DNA of 63,725 bases, counting the filler, from Octopus bimaculoides (Eukaryota), in NCBI RefSeq assembly GCF_001194135.2. It is 5 parts of 5 records of this genome, joined end to end, with 100 filler letters (N's around TTAATTAATTAA, not from the genome) between each part and the next. Parts side by side here need not be neighbours in the genome. Positions count along the whole stretch, not along the records: positions 21,642 to 39,547 come from NC_069009.1; positions 39,648 to 55,377 come from NC_068995.1; 3 more parts are not named here. One strand, 5' to 3'. Below, piece by piece: positions 35,320-48,299 of the stretch. The translations under genes and the position numbers were made by a program. The number at the start of each line of letters is the position of its first letter. Positions within the stretch are counted from its first letter, which is position 1. The notes beneath the pieces were generated by a model. It saw only the letters and a program-made list of their open reading frames with translations. It did not search any database and was not told the DNA's origin.

Positions 35320-36400
35320 TTCTCAATGAGGCACTGGCGTTCAGCAGGTGTAAGGACTGCATCGCCTACATGCAACGCCACAAAAGGAAGCGCCGCCGAA
35401 ACATAGTTTGGCTTGTTCCCATCTTTCTCACTCAACGTCAAGGCTTGTCTGGGAAGGATATTGCTCCGGTTAATATACAAACACTTCACGCAGAGACACA
35501 CGGATACAGACATTTATTCAACAGGCACAAATTAAGGGTCTCCTTTAGTTGTGCTCCCAACATTAAAAGTATATTAGTTAACAACTCATAAAACACGGGA
35601 ACAGGCTGGTTGCTCTTTCAAGGTGTACAATGACTGTCCAGTGGGAGGCTAATGCGAGGCCGAGGGAGTCATCTATGAGGCTGTGGTGATACCTGGGCCT
35701 AGCGACCACAGTGATAGCAACAATGGATCATTCGACAACATCGACGGGATCGGAGGCAGCGACAGCTGCGGAAACGTCAGCACAGACGCCAACGACCTCA
35801 GCACCAGCATTACATCCGGAGAAGATGACCGCGCCAACACCAGCAGCACTAGTGAAGCTACCGGCCCCACACCCAACATTACCATCGACGGTACCCATAC
35901 CAACACACGGGCGACCATAGCGCCAACCCTACGGCCAAAAACGACCACCACAACGATGGCAACCTCAGCCGCATCACCGGAGCCGCGCGTCGTAATGACG
36001 GCAGCCCTAACAACACCAGTGGCAACAACAATATCCCCGGGCCCTGTGCCAACCGGAGATGCACCAGTAATGTGAACACAGTCAACATCCAGACCTGGAA
36101 ATACATCGGATTAGCTGGTACGACTTTCAAGCGACGCTTGTACAACCACAGGCCCTCCGTCAGGATCCCAGAAAAACGGTTTGTCATATCCTTGACCAGC
36201 CATTCGATATTAAGGGGAAAAATCTTAGAATGGCAGGGACCCTACATAAATAGAAGCATGCAGTGCAAGCTGTGCATAGTCGAGCGAGCTGAAATACGCA
36301 GAAACTTGGGTTGCTGAATACTCGCCAAGAAATCTTCACACCATACATCCATTTCGAGCGCTAGCTGCTGAAAAATTAGACATAGAAACACGAACCATGC
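35320..36400 (+). mobile_element. Penelope-like element (C-terminal GIY-YIG type), 3' portion, inactivated
   Basis: RKRRRNIVW...LFNRHKLRVSFSCAPNIKSI...HN-type linker; C...DCPVGG*C...VIYEAVV; KYIGLAGTTFKRRLYNH; CKLC; LLNTRQEI. In-frame TAA at 35650 and a frameshift near 36070. Confidence 0.8.
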
Positions 36401-36971
36401 TCCCTATTGACTCGTGCTNNNNNNNNNNNNNNNNNNNNNNNNNNNNNNNNNNNNNNNNNNNNNNNNNNNNNNNNNNNNNNNNNNNNNNNNNNNNNNNNNN
36501 NNNNNNNNNNNNNNNNNNACATAAAAACACGACCACACACGCACACGTATGTGTGTGCGTGTGTGTGTGTTTGTTTGTGTGCACACCACACACACATCTA
36601 AATTGCAACCTATTTACCGAAAGAAATCTACTGATTAAAAACAATACTGTTTGGTACAACGAGATAGAATCAAAGCAACATATAGGGGTTATTTGGTGCT
36701 TAGACAGTTAGAGAAACAAACAAATGAATAAAGAAACAAACAAAGTAATAAATAGGGCAGCTTGAGTATTGTTTGGTTTCGACGAAATAAATAGATTAGA
36801 CAAACATGGCCGCCCGCCTTTGTGTGTCGTCTGCTTCAGTGAAACGGACAAAAACAAATCATCGCACGTAATTTGCATGAGGAGTTAATAAACATGCTCA
36901 GGTTTTGAAGGAAGATATGTTATATTTGGTTTTTGTTCAGGCAACTGGAACATGCAAATAGCAGACACCAG

Positions 36972-37061
36972 TTATACCTTGAAATCTTCTAGTTCGTCCT
37001 CAATGTTAAATATGTCCACGCTGGAGGCATTGCTGATCAAGTCATCTTCAATGAAGTCAAC
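36972..37061 (-). CDS. Probable terminal exon of an unidentified acidic protein (VDFIEDDLISNASSVDIFNIEDELEDFKV*)
   Basis: gtggacag| acceptor, phase 0, continues the 37910 exon in frame; stop TAA at 36972-36974. AAG|gtataa could instead be a donor. Confidence 0.6.
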   Translation of the reverse strand, partial: VDFIEDDLISNASSVDIFNIEDELEDFKV

Positions 37062-37703
37062 CTGTCCACACACACAATACATATATAACAGCAATACATA
37101 ATACATATAGTTATCGTATTTACTTGTGTATATGTCGCATTCGTGTATAAGACGCACCCCTAGTTTAGTGTTAATTTTTGGTACAAAATTTTTCTCCCTT
37201 CATAGTTTTAGCTCTCCACCGTGTTTAAGTCACTTCCCGTAAAGGCACGTGGCTCAGTGGTTGGGGCATTTGGCTTACGATCGTTAGGTCGCGAGTTCGA
37301 TACCAGACGGTGCGTTGTCCCCTCGCAAATTAGCGGTTCGACAAAAGAGACCAATAGAATATGTACCAGGCTTATACAGAAAACAAGTACCAGGAGGCTT
37401 AAACTTTCAAGGCGATGCCCTAGCATGGCCGCCGCCTAATGACTGAAACATGTAAAAGGTAAAAAGATATATATGTGTGTGTGTGTGTGTGTCTGAAGAT
37501 AATTTCAAATATGAAAACTGTAAAAAGAAAGTTTTTTTTGTTGTTAAATATCTAGAAATAATTTGGAACAATTTTCCTTATGTAAAAATTGGAATGAAAA
37601 AAAAAAATGGAGAAACTGAAGAAGTAAAGGAAACGAAATAAAAGTAAGAATATATTTTTTTTAATGGATAAACGGAATGGAACCCACTGAAGAGCAAATT
37701 CTA

Positions 37704-37830
37704 CAGGGTGTCCACAAAGTCTGGGTACATGGGGATTAACACATCCTTTAAGAAATTATTATTTCTTATATTTAATTGTTTATGTTGTGATTTTATTTAC
37801 TCCATGTACCCAGACTTTGTGGACACCCTG
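37704..37830. mobile_element. Tc1-type MITE, 127 bp
   Basis: Perfect 29-bp TIR cagggtgtccacaaagtctgggtacatgg with TA on both sides. Confidence 0.9.
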
Positions 37831-37909
37831 TAGTTCTCGATTTTGGAAGGAAAGAGACGAGGGAGTAAAAGATCACGTGATCAGTTAACGAGAAATATCG
37901 ATACTTTAC

Positions 37910-38203
37910 CTGACTTTTTGCTGGAAGCGAGTCTGACCCTCCGTCTACGGCATCTTGCTTTGTGGCTCTCTCTTCTGCTGCTGTTTCGGCTTTCTTCGAC
38001 TCCTGAGCCAGTGTGTTCAGCGGAACTTGCTCTTGGCCGACAGTTTTGGTAATCACAGGCTCGGCCGAATTGTTAGAGGAGGGGATGGTTTCAGCTGGTG
38101 TTGAACCGCCATTGGCTGGAATTGATTCCTCGGCAGGAGCGGATACTGGCGGGGGTGTCTCCTCCTTGACTGGTTTGGGGGGACTCTTCTTGAAAAACCG
38201 CAT
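37910..38203 (-). CDS. Exon of an unidentified Pro/Glu/Ala-rich disordered protein (MRFFKKSPPKPVKEE...LPAKSQ)
   Basis: ttattaccag| acceptor and CAG|gtaaag donor; 294 nt, phase 0-0; only one frame is open; GC-rich relative to flanks. Confidence 0.72.
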
Positions 38204-38248
38204 CTGGTAATAATAATAATAATAATAATAACAACAATAATATTAATA

Positions 38249-38440
38249 ATAAATTCTTGAAAAGTACATGGAACAAATAGGGGCTGCAATAAAGGTGGAG
38301 CACTTGCAGAAAACAGCACTGCTTGGAACCGCTCGAATATTCCGGATGGTGCTCGGAAAATAAGAGGTATTACCTTAGTTCACTGGTAGTGAACAGCTGA
38401 CACCGTAGTATATGTCCAGCGTTAGAAGCTGTGCAAAGGC

Positions 38441-38450
<10 letters not shown>
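38249..38450 (+). mobile_element. R4/Dong-like retrotransposon, extreme 3' fragment inserted in (TAA)n
   Basis: LEKYMEQIGAAIKVEHLQKTALLGTARIFRMVL* plus a short UTR, with (TAA)n on both sides; lies inside the 38204-38496 intron. Confidence 0.75.
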
Positions 38451-38476
<26 letters not shown>

Positions 38477-38496
38477 CAATTCAAAATTCAACGTAC

Positions 38497-38642
38497 GGTG
38501 TCGGAGTCTAAGTTGTCCTCAGCCTCTGTGTCTATAGTCCAGACACCGGAATCTTCACGATCTTCTGTATCCTTGCTATTGTCAGCTGGTGGCCACTCAC
38601 TGGTGATGAGAGGCGTTTGGTCACTGTCCTCGTGGTCGGCAG
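38497..38642 (-). CDS. Acidic exon of the same unidentified gene (ADHEDSDQTPLITSEWPPAD...EDNLDSDT)
   Basis: Long pyrimidine tract ctctttctctttctctgtttccacacag| and ACC|gtacgt donor; 146 nt, phase 1 to 0; the other frames are closed; in frame with the next exon. Confidence 0.72.
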
Positions 38643-39478
38643 CTGTGTGGAAACAGAGAAAGAGAAAGAGAAGGTGAGAATGGAGTAATTGTTGTAAAAA
38701 CAAAAACAAAAAAAAACGAGGGGATTTTGAGATGGGCAAAGACTTAACCGTCTCTTATCATTTGAAACACGTGTAGGTTTGTTTTCGTCCTTGTATCTTA
38801 GAAGTTGGTGTGTCTGAAGTAAGACGTGATCGTTTGAGGTGGGCAAACAATTACGAGTATGTAATAGTCGGTAGTGACACAAACGGGTATGTATCTGCTA
38901 TGCACCCATAGCTTCGAGTTGACTCAGGTTTTGTGAACGGGAGGTTTTGTGAATGGGAGGTTTTGTGACTCGGGTTTTGTAAGTGAATTGGAGTAGATAT
39001 GGAAACTGTACAGTAACCGCTTCGGGTGGGTTGTACACCGTAGTTTAAAAGATCAGCTTTGTCGTACGCACACACAGCGGTACGCTGAGAGTACCCGAGC
39101 GGTGCGTTAACGGTACATGTGTCTGTGGATTGACCGGTAACTTCGTACACGAAATCAACGAGTTGGATGTTTAGATGGTCGAGAAACTGGACACACCTTA
39201 CGTTGTTGATGACAGGGTAGTTCATGATGATGATGATGATGATCATGATCATCATCATCATCATCTTTATCATTTGTATGTATGTGCATGTGTGTGTGTA
39301 TATATATATAAATGCATTCATGTGTATGTACGGATGTATGTATACATATGTGTAGATGTTTATGTATGTATGTATATATATATTTATATGCTTGTATGTG
39401 TGTGTATGTATATTTCTGTATGTATGTGTCCGTATGTACATATGTATGCAAGTTAACATATGCGCATGTATATATATA

Positions 39479-39547
<69 letters not shown>

Positions 39548-39874
39548 NNNNNNNNNNNNNNNNNNNNNNNNNNNNNNNNNNNNNNNNNNNNTTAATTAAT
39601 TAANNNNNNNNNNNNNNNNNNNNNNNNNNNNNNNNNNNNNNNNNNNNAAGAAGAAGAAGAAGAAGAAGAAGAAGAAGAAGAAGAAGAAGAAGAAGAAGAA
39701 GAAGAAGAAGAAGAAGAAGAAGAAGAAGAAGAAGAAGAAGAAGAAGAAGAAGAAGAAGATTGTATAGCAGAGGCGATCAAGTTGATCTTGGCATATTAAC
39801 CTGAAGCACTTCCGCCTCTTTTTGGCTCGACACATTAGTCCGAAAACAATATCCGAGATCGCTGAAATGCTTAC

Positions 39875-39938
39875 AGTGAGAGGTACTTTGCGATCATACT
39901 TGGCGAGAATCTCCTGAAAATATCCGGCGGAATATGAT
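39875..39938 (-). CDS. Candidate upstream exon, 64 nt, reading frame unresolved
   Basis: catttcctcag| acceptor and |gtaagc donor; two frames open (SYSAGYFQEILAKYDRKVPLT or HIPPDIFRRFSPSMIAKYLS); neither ends in the phase needed to join 38642 directly. Confidence 0.35.
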
Positions 39939-40779
39939 CTGAGGAAATGAGTGACTTGTACAAATATGAATTTATGCAATGTTCCCTATTAAGTTATGCA
40001 CAGTTCTCGTATTTGCAATAATCCACATTAGTGAAATATGAATACTGATGCTCTCAACTATCCACTTTATTCTTGATTAGTATGTCTGTATGTATATATA
40101 GAAATAGCCCGAATAGAAAGTTCGTTTTTTGTGCCTTGTTTATGTTCCCGTTCCTTTTTTTTGTCCACGTTTTCTTTGACGTCCCGTACACGGATATGCA
40201 TCTATATATACATTTAGATGTAGGTATGTACATATATGTACTTATATATGCATATGCTCACATATCATTTGTATTACATAGAGAAATAGCCCGAAACCAG
40301 GACTGGTCTACTGGGCTCGTCGCTAGGAGATGGTAGAGGTTCGCTCCGCTGCTTGTAATTTTATCGAATGCAACTGTGCATCGTTAAGCAGCTAGAGGAG
40401 ATGTCATCTTGGGGTTAAAATAACGCAGTAGAGTCCGCTCGAACGGACAGCCATGTTAAAGTGGCTACGAATATTACTTGTCAGTACAACTACTGCATTG
40501 ATCTCTTAGAGGGATTTTAGAACTAGCTTTTTAGCCTGTTGCAAAATCAGAGACTGTGTGTTCGCTAGAAATATATATCTTGTGTGCAGGTTCGAGCTGC
40601 TATCATCACTAGCAGACGAGGTGTCCAGTACTGAGGAGTGTCAGTATGGAGTAAGTTTGTTCGATTAAATTCTTCAAAGCAGTGTCATTGCATGGCCGCA
40701 ATCCATCATTGAAACGAGTAAGAGATATAAGATATTATACACACACAAGATATATAGATATATATTTGTACACATGCCT

Positions 40780-40820
<41 letters not shown>

Positions 40821-41604
40821 ATTTAGAGAGGTCATACATTTACTTACTGGTGACAGATTACACACCGCCAAACTTTCCGACTCCAAACCGATGTTTTATA
40901 AACTTAAGTCAATGAAGATTCAGCCACTTCTATTACTCTCTGTCTTCCTCACTTTTCCTCTTTCTCTCTTTCAATTTTTCCCCTTTCTCTCTTACTTTTC
41001 TTCCTCATCTCTCTTTGTCTGCCTGCCCCTTCATCTAGTTTTGATTCATGTACTCCAATTTACTCTAAATGATCATTCAATTAGAGCATGCGTAAAATTC
41101 TCCCGATATAAGTGTTAGCGTCGCCATTTTCATCTGGTTTTTGGTAAGATATACGGAATAGAATGTACGAATCACATATATACAGGCGCACAATACAAGA
41201 CACAGCCATGCATACAAACATACACAGAAGAACAGCACGTAAATATATCAATTCTATTATATCTCATTAGACTCTATTTCCTTTTGTTAATAATTCAAAA
41301 TTAGCATTTCAGGCATCTTTATTACGTCTGACATATTAACATCTCATTCTGTCTCCGTGTCTCTATCGTCCCCCTCCCTTTGCGTATGTGTACCTACGCG
41401 TGCATGTATGTATGTATGTATGTATGTATGTATGTATACTTCAGTAATCATTTGATTGCTCCAAGTCTATTCGTGTATATATCATTACTGGGTATTTGTC
41501 ACTTACTTCAATGATTTTAATGTTATGTTAATAAAATTAAGAGGTGTACCGAATGTGTGTGTGTGTGTTTGTGTGCATTCCTGTGCACGCGCATGTATGT
41601 ACGC

Positions 41605-41637
<33 letters not shown>

Positions 41638-41706
41638 AAGATATATGTATTTATACATGTGTTATACATATTCTCCCATCATACTCCTGACTTTATGGGT
41701 TTATAT

Positions 41707-41745
<39 letters not shown>

Positions 41746-43348
41746 TATATATATATATATNNNNNNNNNNNNNNNNNNNNNNNNNNNNNNNNNNNNNNNN
41801 NNNNNNNNNNNNNNNNNNNNNNNNNNNNNNNNNNNNNNNNATATAGGGATTTACTTTTCGTAATGAGATGAAAAACCATGGCTGTGTACATTATAGAACT
41901 TTTATAAATAGAAGGTCTCACAGCTGTTTCCAGGATATTTATGATATGCCTTCATCGGAGACCTTGTGAGAGGATGGTTAAGCAATAGTTAATTAGTTAA
42001 TTTAGATAAGATAAGAAATAGAGAGTGAATGCAGGGATATTGTATTTGTAAATCCATTGTTTAGGCAGAATGGTATACATATAAGATTCCAATACCTTGT
42101 GAGTAAGGACTATTGGATATTACTTTGGAAAAAAAACTCTCACAGTCCTTCGCTGAATAGGAAATAATGGAAGACGATCAACGAAAATTACAACCCCCAA
42201 AAAGGGAGTGAATCCTTACAAGAAACACCCAAATACAACGTTATTGTATTCACAGATGGATGGACATGGTTTAGCAACGCAGAGACAAAGGGCGAGATAA
42301 TCGATGCAGGCCTGAATTTTGAGGACGATATATATGTTTATGTGAAGGTGCGTGTCCTGGTGGTTAAGCTGTTGCACTCTCGATCGCTAGATCGTGGGTT
42401 CGACTCCCTGATTGGCGATGCGTTATGTTCTTCTTCAAAACACTTTATTTCATTTTCCTCCAATTCCCTTTTCGATCAGGGGGTAATGCTGGCCTGCTCA
42501 CCTAGCCAGCGGGGTGGCGTCGTTTGAATGCTAAAACAATGCAAAAGGGCATTGTGACTAGTAATGTGTTACAACGTCTGCTAACTTGGTCGGTCACGTG
42601 ATCACGCGATATGCCTATATGGAGTTTTCCACTACATTTTAAGTATTCGAGTCAGGTCTTCGTTCTTTGTAGAGCTTCCTCACATCTTCTCACCAGTGAC
42701 GGAGGCACTCTGAGAAGAGTTACGAGCACGCCATTTTCTTCATTGAATATACCACAAGTACATAAATAAAATGCCATAACGACTTCATAAGTAGTAGAAA
42801 TGACAATATCTGGAAAAAAAAAACAAACAAAGAAATGCCAAAAAATATTTCGATGCTTTAAGTTAGTACAGAAAATGGCTGTGCAAATATCGACCCGTAC
42901 TGCCTACAGATCTGAGGTGAAACCAGCCGCAAGCTACAAGTAAAATATAAACGGGGAAGAAAGAAAACTATGGAAGCAGGTAGATAGATCACATCTTAGA
43001 AATATACATCTTATAGATGACTGGATATAAGTTCTTTTGAAGATGTTTCAATACACCCTCATACTGTAGACAGAGTTAAATCAATGATCTAGTAGATAAT
43101 GATACGTATTTCGATTTTGTCATATACGTGTGTGTGTAAGAATGTATCTATGTGTATACTTATCTAAGTATACACACACACACTTATGTACCTATATCTA
43201 TATTTATGTATGTGCGTATATATATATATATNNNNNNNNNNNNNNNNNNNNNNNNNNNNNNNNNNNNNNNNNNNNNNNNNNNNNNNNNNNNNNNNNNNNN
43301 NNNNNNNNNNNNNNNNNNNNNNNNNNNNNNNNNNNNNNNNNNNNATAG

Positions 43349-43403
<55 letters not shown>

Positions 43404-43504
43404 TGTATATGTAGATGTAGATATACACTACGTCAAAAAGACGAAGACGATCAAAATAACATATTTGACATTTGAATCGCATGACGTTTGTCGTTATAGA
43501 TGCG

Positions 43505-44005
43505 GCAACTAAATGGTTAGCGGTTAACGCATTTCACGAGGTTCTCAGCTCAAATTAGACCACGTGTATTCTGTCTTTTTTGGGATAACTGCCTAATCTA
43601 TCATATTTTACTTATTTAGACTTCAAGTCTCAATTCAACCAGTCATTAATGCATTTCATTGGGTCGTGAGCTCAAATTGAACGTAGGTATTTTCCTTGGC
43701 TAGCCGATTCATATACATACAGTTTCGTTTTATGGTTAATGATTAACATATTTTGCGAGGTACCCGAACTCAAATAAAATGTACATGTTTTCCAGGGATA
43801 AGTGCCAAATGTATAACATTTTTTCAAATTATTCTTCAAATCTCAGTACATCCTCTCGTTAATGCATTTCGCAAAGTCGTAGACTCAAACCCAACGTGTG
43901 TGTTTTCCTTGGCTAACTGCTTAATATACTTAATATACATTTCACTCCACGTATATCAGCTTACAGTTTGCCCAATGCTTAATGCGTCTAACGAGCTTAT
44001 GATCT

Positions 44006-44056
<51 letters not shown>

Positions 44057-44200
44057 TGTGTGTGTGTGTGTTTTGTTTCTGTGATAGTGGCCTAAATTTA
44101 ATCATATCATATTTATTTAATCTCCATTTCTCATTTCACCTAGTCATTAATACATTTCAGGAGGTCATGAGCTCGAATTGTGTGTTTTCGATGTTGATGC
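43505..44200. repeat. Degenerate tandem array, ~6 units, period ~100-120 bp
   Basis: Core ttaa(t/c)gcatttc..gagg(t)c..gagctcaaat at about 43523, 43644, 43742, 43859, 43978 and 44146. Confidence 0.6.
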
Positions 44201-44507
44201 TTATTTATTTCTTCGCATGCAGTGTCTCCATTTTCCTCGATGAGGACATTTTTGTGGGCGGGGAAGCACTGATAGTTTTTCATCATTCGTGAATGTTCAG
44301 CAATTGACTTCATTTCATCGCACTGACGAAGCATTTGACGAGGCAGTTTAATTTAATATATATATATTTGTGGGTGAGTTTGTGCCAACGGAAAAGGCTC
44401 TTCGCGGTCGCTCGATCTCTTAGAAATAGTAACAATGTCTCCCAGAAGTTAGGTGCCATCGCAATAAAAAACTGAGAGAGTCACTGCTGCACAATATTGA
44501 ATCATAC

Positions 44508-44568
44508 CTCCTGATATACAAAGCGATGGCGACGCATGGCTGCGATGCTCTCGAGTGAGCTGTTCCGT
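44508..44568 (-). CDS. Candidate exon, frame unresolved
   Basis: tcaatccag| (or ctgttcaag|) acceptor and GAG|gtatga donor; CpG-rich; all three frames open. Confidence 0.3.
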
Positions 44569-44775
44569 CTGGATTGACTTGAACAGAAATAAACACACTC
44601 TCAACAATTACTTGTAAATAAACTTGGTTGGTAGAATCTGTGTAAGTCCGTCGGAACACCCCCCACCCACACGAATTTGTGCATATATGTATGGATTTAT
44701 GTGCGTGCAATGTTCTGTGCATGTATGTCTTTCCTCGGCAATACTTGACAATGGTTCGTATCACCGCTATATAAC

Positions 44776-44955
44776 GGCTCAGCAACCGTTTCTGCGGTTC
44801 AGCAACTGATTCTGCGGCTCAGCAATAGATATTACGGCTCAGCAGCCGATTCTTCGGCTCAGCAACCGATTCTGCGGCTCAGCAACCGATCCTCTGGCTC
44901 AGCAACCGATTCTGTGGCTCAGCAACCGATTCTGCGGATCATCAACCAATTCTGA
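44776..44955. repeat. 20-bp minisatellite (ggctcagcaaccgattctgc) x ~9
   Basis: Direct reading; head-to-tail units with point variants and no spacers. Confidence 0.95.
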
Positions 44956-46929
44956 AAGAATAATTACCGGACTTTAAAAAGATAACCACTGGGGATGGAT
45001 TTGAATCATTAAAGCTTTCTAGGCTGTGCTCCGTCGTGACCACACTTCACTAACTGACAGAAGCAACAGAATTAAAGAGTATTTAGATGAATCTACATCC
45101 TGCTTAGGTAAACAAAGCCTTTTATAATGGAGGACGAGGAAATAAATATTAGATATATTTTGAGAGAGGAGGTTAAATCAGCTAAGTGAACCATTTCTAA
45201 AATCAGCGATCGTTTGCCTACATTAGATACGATTTCTCCAGTAATTACAAGACAGTTTAGAAAAACATGAATTCAGAAAAACTATAAAAGTATGTGTATT
45301 TTGTCGAGATGTTTAGTGAACAGGTAAAGACATATAAATAAATTATGTCAAAGGTTTTAATATGTGTACATAAGTTACATTACATAAATCTAGAAAATAT
45401 ATGACAACATGTCCGCTATTTAAGGAAAGATCAGCAGCCAGGTGATGATTATTCAAAGCAAAAATTAAATGTATTTAGCGTCTTGTAAGAACATAAACAT
45501 CTATAAGAACATATACATACATGCTTATTAATTCTTCTGTTGAGTTTGTCGTGATTCATTCATGTTTATTTTGAAATATATGATGAATGTATACATGAAA
45601 ACATTTTCATAATTTACCATCGATAAGTACTGTCTAAATATAGCTTCGGTTTTTAGATGAACGCTCAACAAGAACTACAGAAAAAAGATTAATCTGCATC
45701 CTTTCTGCAAGACACATTAGGAAATTTACAAACCGGGGACCAATTTCATTTGTTCTATAGTTACTGTAATTCCATGTTTGTTGCTGTAAGGAAAGAAATT
45801 AGTACAGAAGAGAGCATTATTTGTTCAAATAACAATATTTCGCTAGAAAGCTTGATAGTAGAAAACCGACTTAAGTTTCTCGAACCTATCTCTCTGACCC
45901 ACTTCCTTGTATAAAGTCATTCTGGAAGGATTCAGTCTGCTGCTTTTCACATTAACAGATTCGCTGTGAGGTGATTTACACATTTTTCATTTCTGCTTGG
46001 CGCTCTCAAATTCTACAACTTAATTTCTTTCCATTTTTCGCTTACATACATACACACAAATACATATACATGCAAACCTACATGCATACATACATACATA
46101 CATACATACATACATACATACATACATACATACATAACTACATGTATATATANNNNNNNNNNNNNNNNNNNNNNNNNNNNNNNNNNNNNNNNNNNNNNNN
46201 NNNNNNNNNNNNNNNNNNNNNNNNNNNNNNNNNNNNNNNNNNNNNNNNNNNNNNNNNNNNNNNNNNNNNNNNNNNNNNNNNNNNNNNNNNNNNNNNNNNN
46301 NNNNNNNNNNNNNNNNNNNNNNNNNNNNNNNNNNNNNNNNNNNNNNNNNNNNNNNNNNNNNNNNNNNNNNNNNNNNNNNNNNNNNNNNNNNNNNNNNNNN
46401 NNNNNNNNNTATATATATATATATATATATATCTGTATGTACACACATGTCTGTATATATGTATGTATGTATGTACGTATATATATATACACGCATAGAC
46501 ACACATACGCACACACATTTATATATATTGACATATACAATATACATACACATATATGTTTCTGTGCGTGCATACACACACACAAGCACACATACGCACA
46601 CACACGCATACGTATATATATTTTTTACCTATTATAGTCATCTACCTCCAACGTATTCTCAGTCCCACTTAACAATAAAACATAAAAATGAAAACAAACT
46701 GCAGAGTTCGTATCAAGGGTAAAGTTGAATACTAACACATGTACTCGCATTCCTACATAACCGTATCCTTCCACCACTTACCTCGGTTTTTTTCTTATTC
46801 AACAGTTCTCGTTATTTTTTTTTATCTCGCTCTTTATGCATGTATATGTGTATCTATAGTACGTGCCATGTACACACGTAAAAATCTATCTATCTATCTA
46901 TCTATCTATCTGTCTATCTGTCTGTCTAT

Positions 46930-46979
<50 letters not shown>

Positions 46980-48299
46980 TTCTTTCTATCTACAAATCTT
47001 TCTATTTGTCTATCTTTCTTTCTGTCTATCTATCTATCTTTCTTTCTTTTTTCTATCGTTCTGTCTGTCTTCTTCCTCTTTCGTCATATCACCAAACCCC
47101 TTATTATATACGCTTGCCTGCTCTCCCGAGTACACCCAGACACAAACACAGAGGCATATACACGCGCACACACGCACAGACACACGCACACACCGACACA
47201 AGTACAACACACACACAGACATTGCATATAATTTCATGTACGTAATTCTCTGCTCTGGTATGTGTGTGGGTTTGTACGTGTCGTGTGCGTCACATACACA
47301 TCATTGCCATTACTTTGTAGTACGTGTTGATTAACCAACGATATCACCAAATCCAAGGACGAATATTAAGAGTGGAACATAAAGACCTGGGAATCCCGAA
47401 AATCGTGAGTCATTATGGTATCAAAAAACGGATTCATGTTTCATGAAAAGCATATAGAGTAGCTGAGCTTGTTATAAATTACAATTACCTCTTCTCATAT
47501 GTGTTATAAAGCCTTGTATAACGGGTAATCTTTGGTCGGGTATGAGACGTTTGGGCTCAGCCTCTGTGGCGTTGCTTGCTTGGCGCCGATGATTCGATGC
47601 TGACTTTTTTGACACTAGGCATTTCAATGTTTCATTTTAATTTTTAATGTTTCTCTCATGTTCCCTCTCCCTCTCTACTATTGTATGCATCTATTTATCT
47701 TGATATGAGCACATTTCTCCTTATATGGGCAAGGAGGCGGTAAGTACTTATATTGATCGTGTTCAGTTAACCGATTGCAATGTCTCACTCACTCCCCCAT
47801 TTTGTACATTGCTCTTTCTATTTGCACGTATGTACTTCTGCGCATGCGAGTATGTGTATGTGTATGTGTGTGTGTGTGTGTTTGTGTTCTTGCATCCAGA
47901 ACCAAAAAATACTGCCAACAAAACAGGTTGAATGTGCCGTCAGCCGCGCAAAATCTCCAGCGTCCAAACAGCAGCGCCAAACGCCTCATTCTATCTGTAA
48001 TTGTAACCCAAGACATAGAGCGGTGTCTGTTTCTCAAATCCGACAACCTCCACCAATCTAATTCCACTACAGACGCATAATGACGTACTGCGTACTCAAG
48101 TTTTCATCTCTCATTCTTCAGGTACCAACTCTGCTCTACCATTCTCGAAACCATTCCTACTTCATCATTTATGTAGCACGGATCAGATGTCCACTTCTAA
48201 TCTGAAGAAATACGGAAATTATCCCTCAGTTCAAGTTACGCTCGATCTGTTGTTGGTCCCAGTTATCAACCCTCTACACGATCATACTTTTATACCGCT

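Noticed and set aside
38980-39230. Non-repetitive-looking ORF tail NYPVINNVRCVQFL...STDTCTVN...
   Set aside because: STDTCT...DKAD..NY is the recurring translation of a decayed family-2 SINE.
39780-39979. QEILAKYDRKVP as the receptor N-terminal helix (L...Y...RP)
   Set aside because: No RP motif or following beta-1 pattern; it is separated from the receptor by exons of another gene ending in a stop.
44776-44955. Possible CRISPR array (also 43505-44200)
   Set aside because: Eukaryotic context, no cas genes; the 20-mer has no spacers and the 115-bp units are too degenerate.
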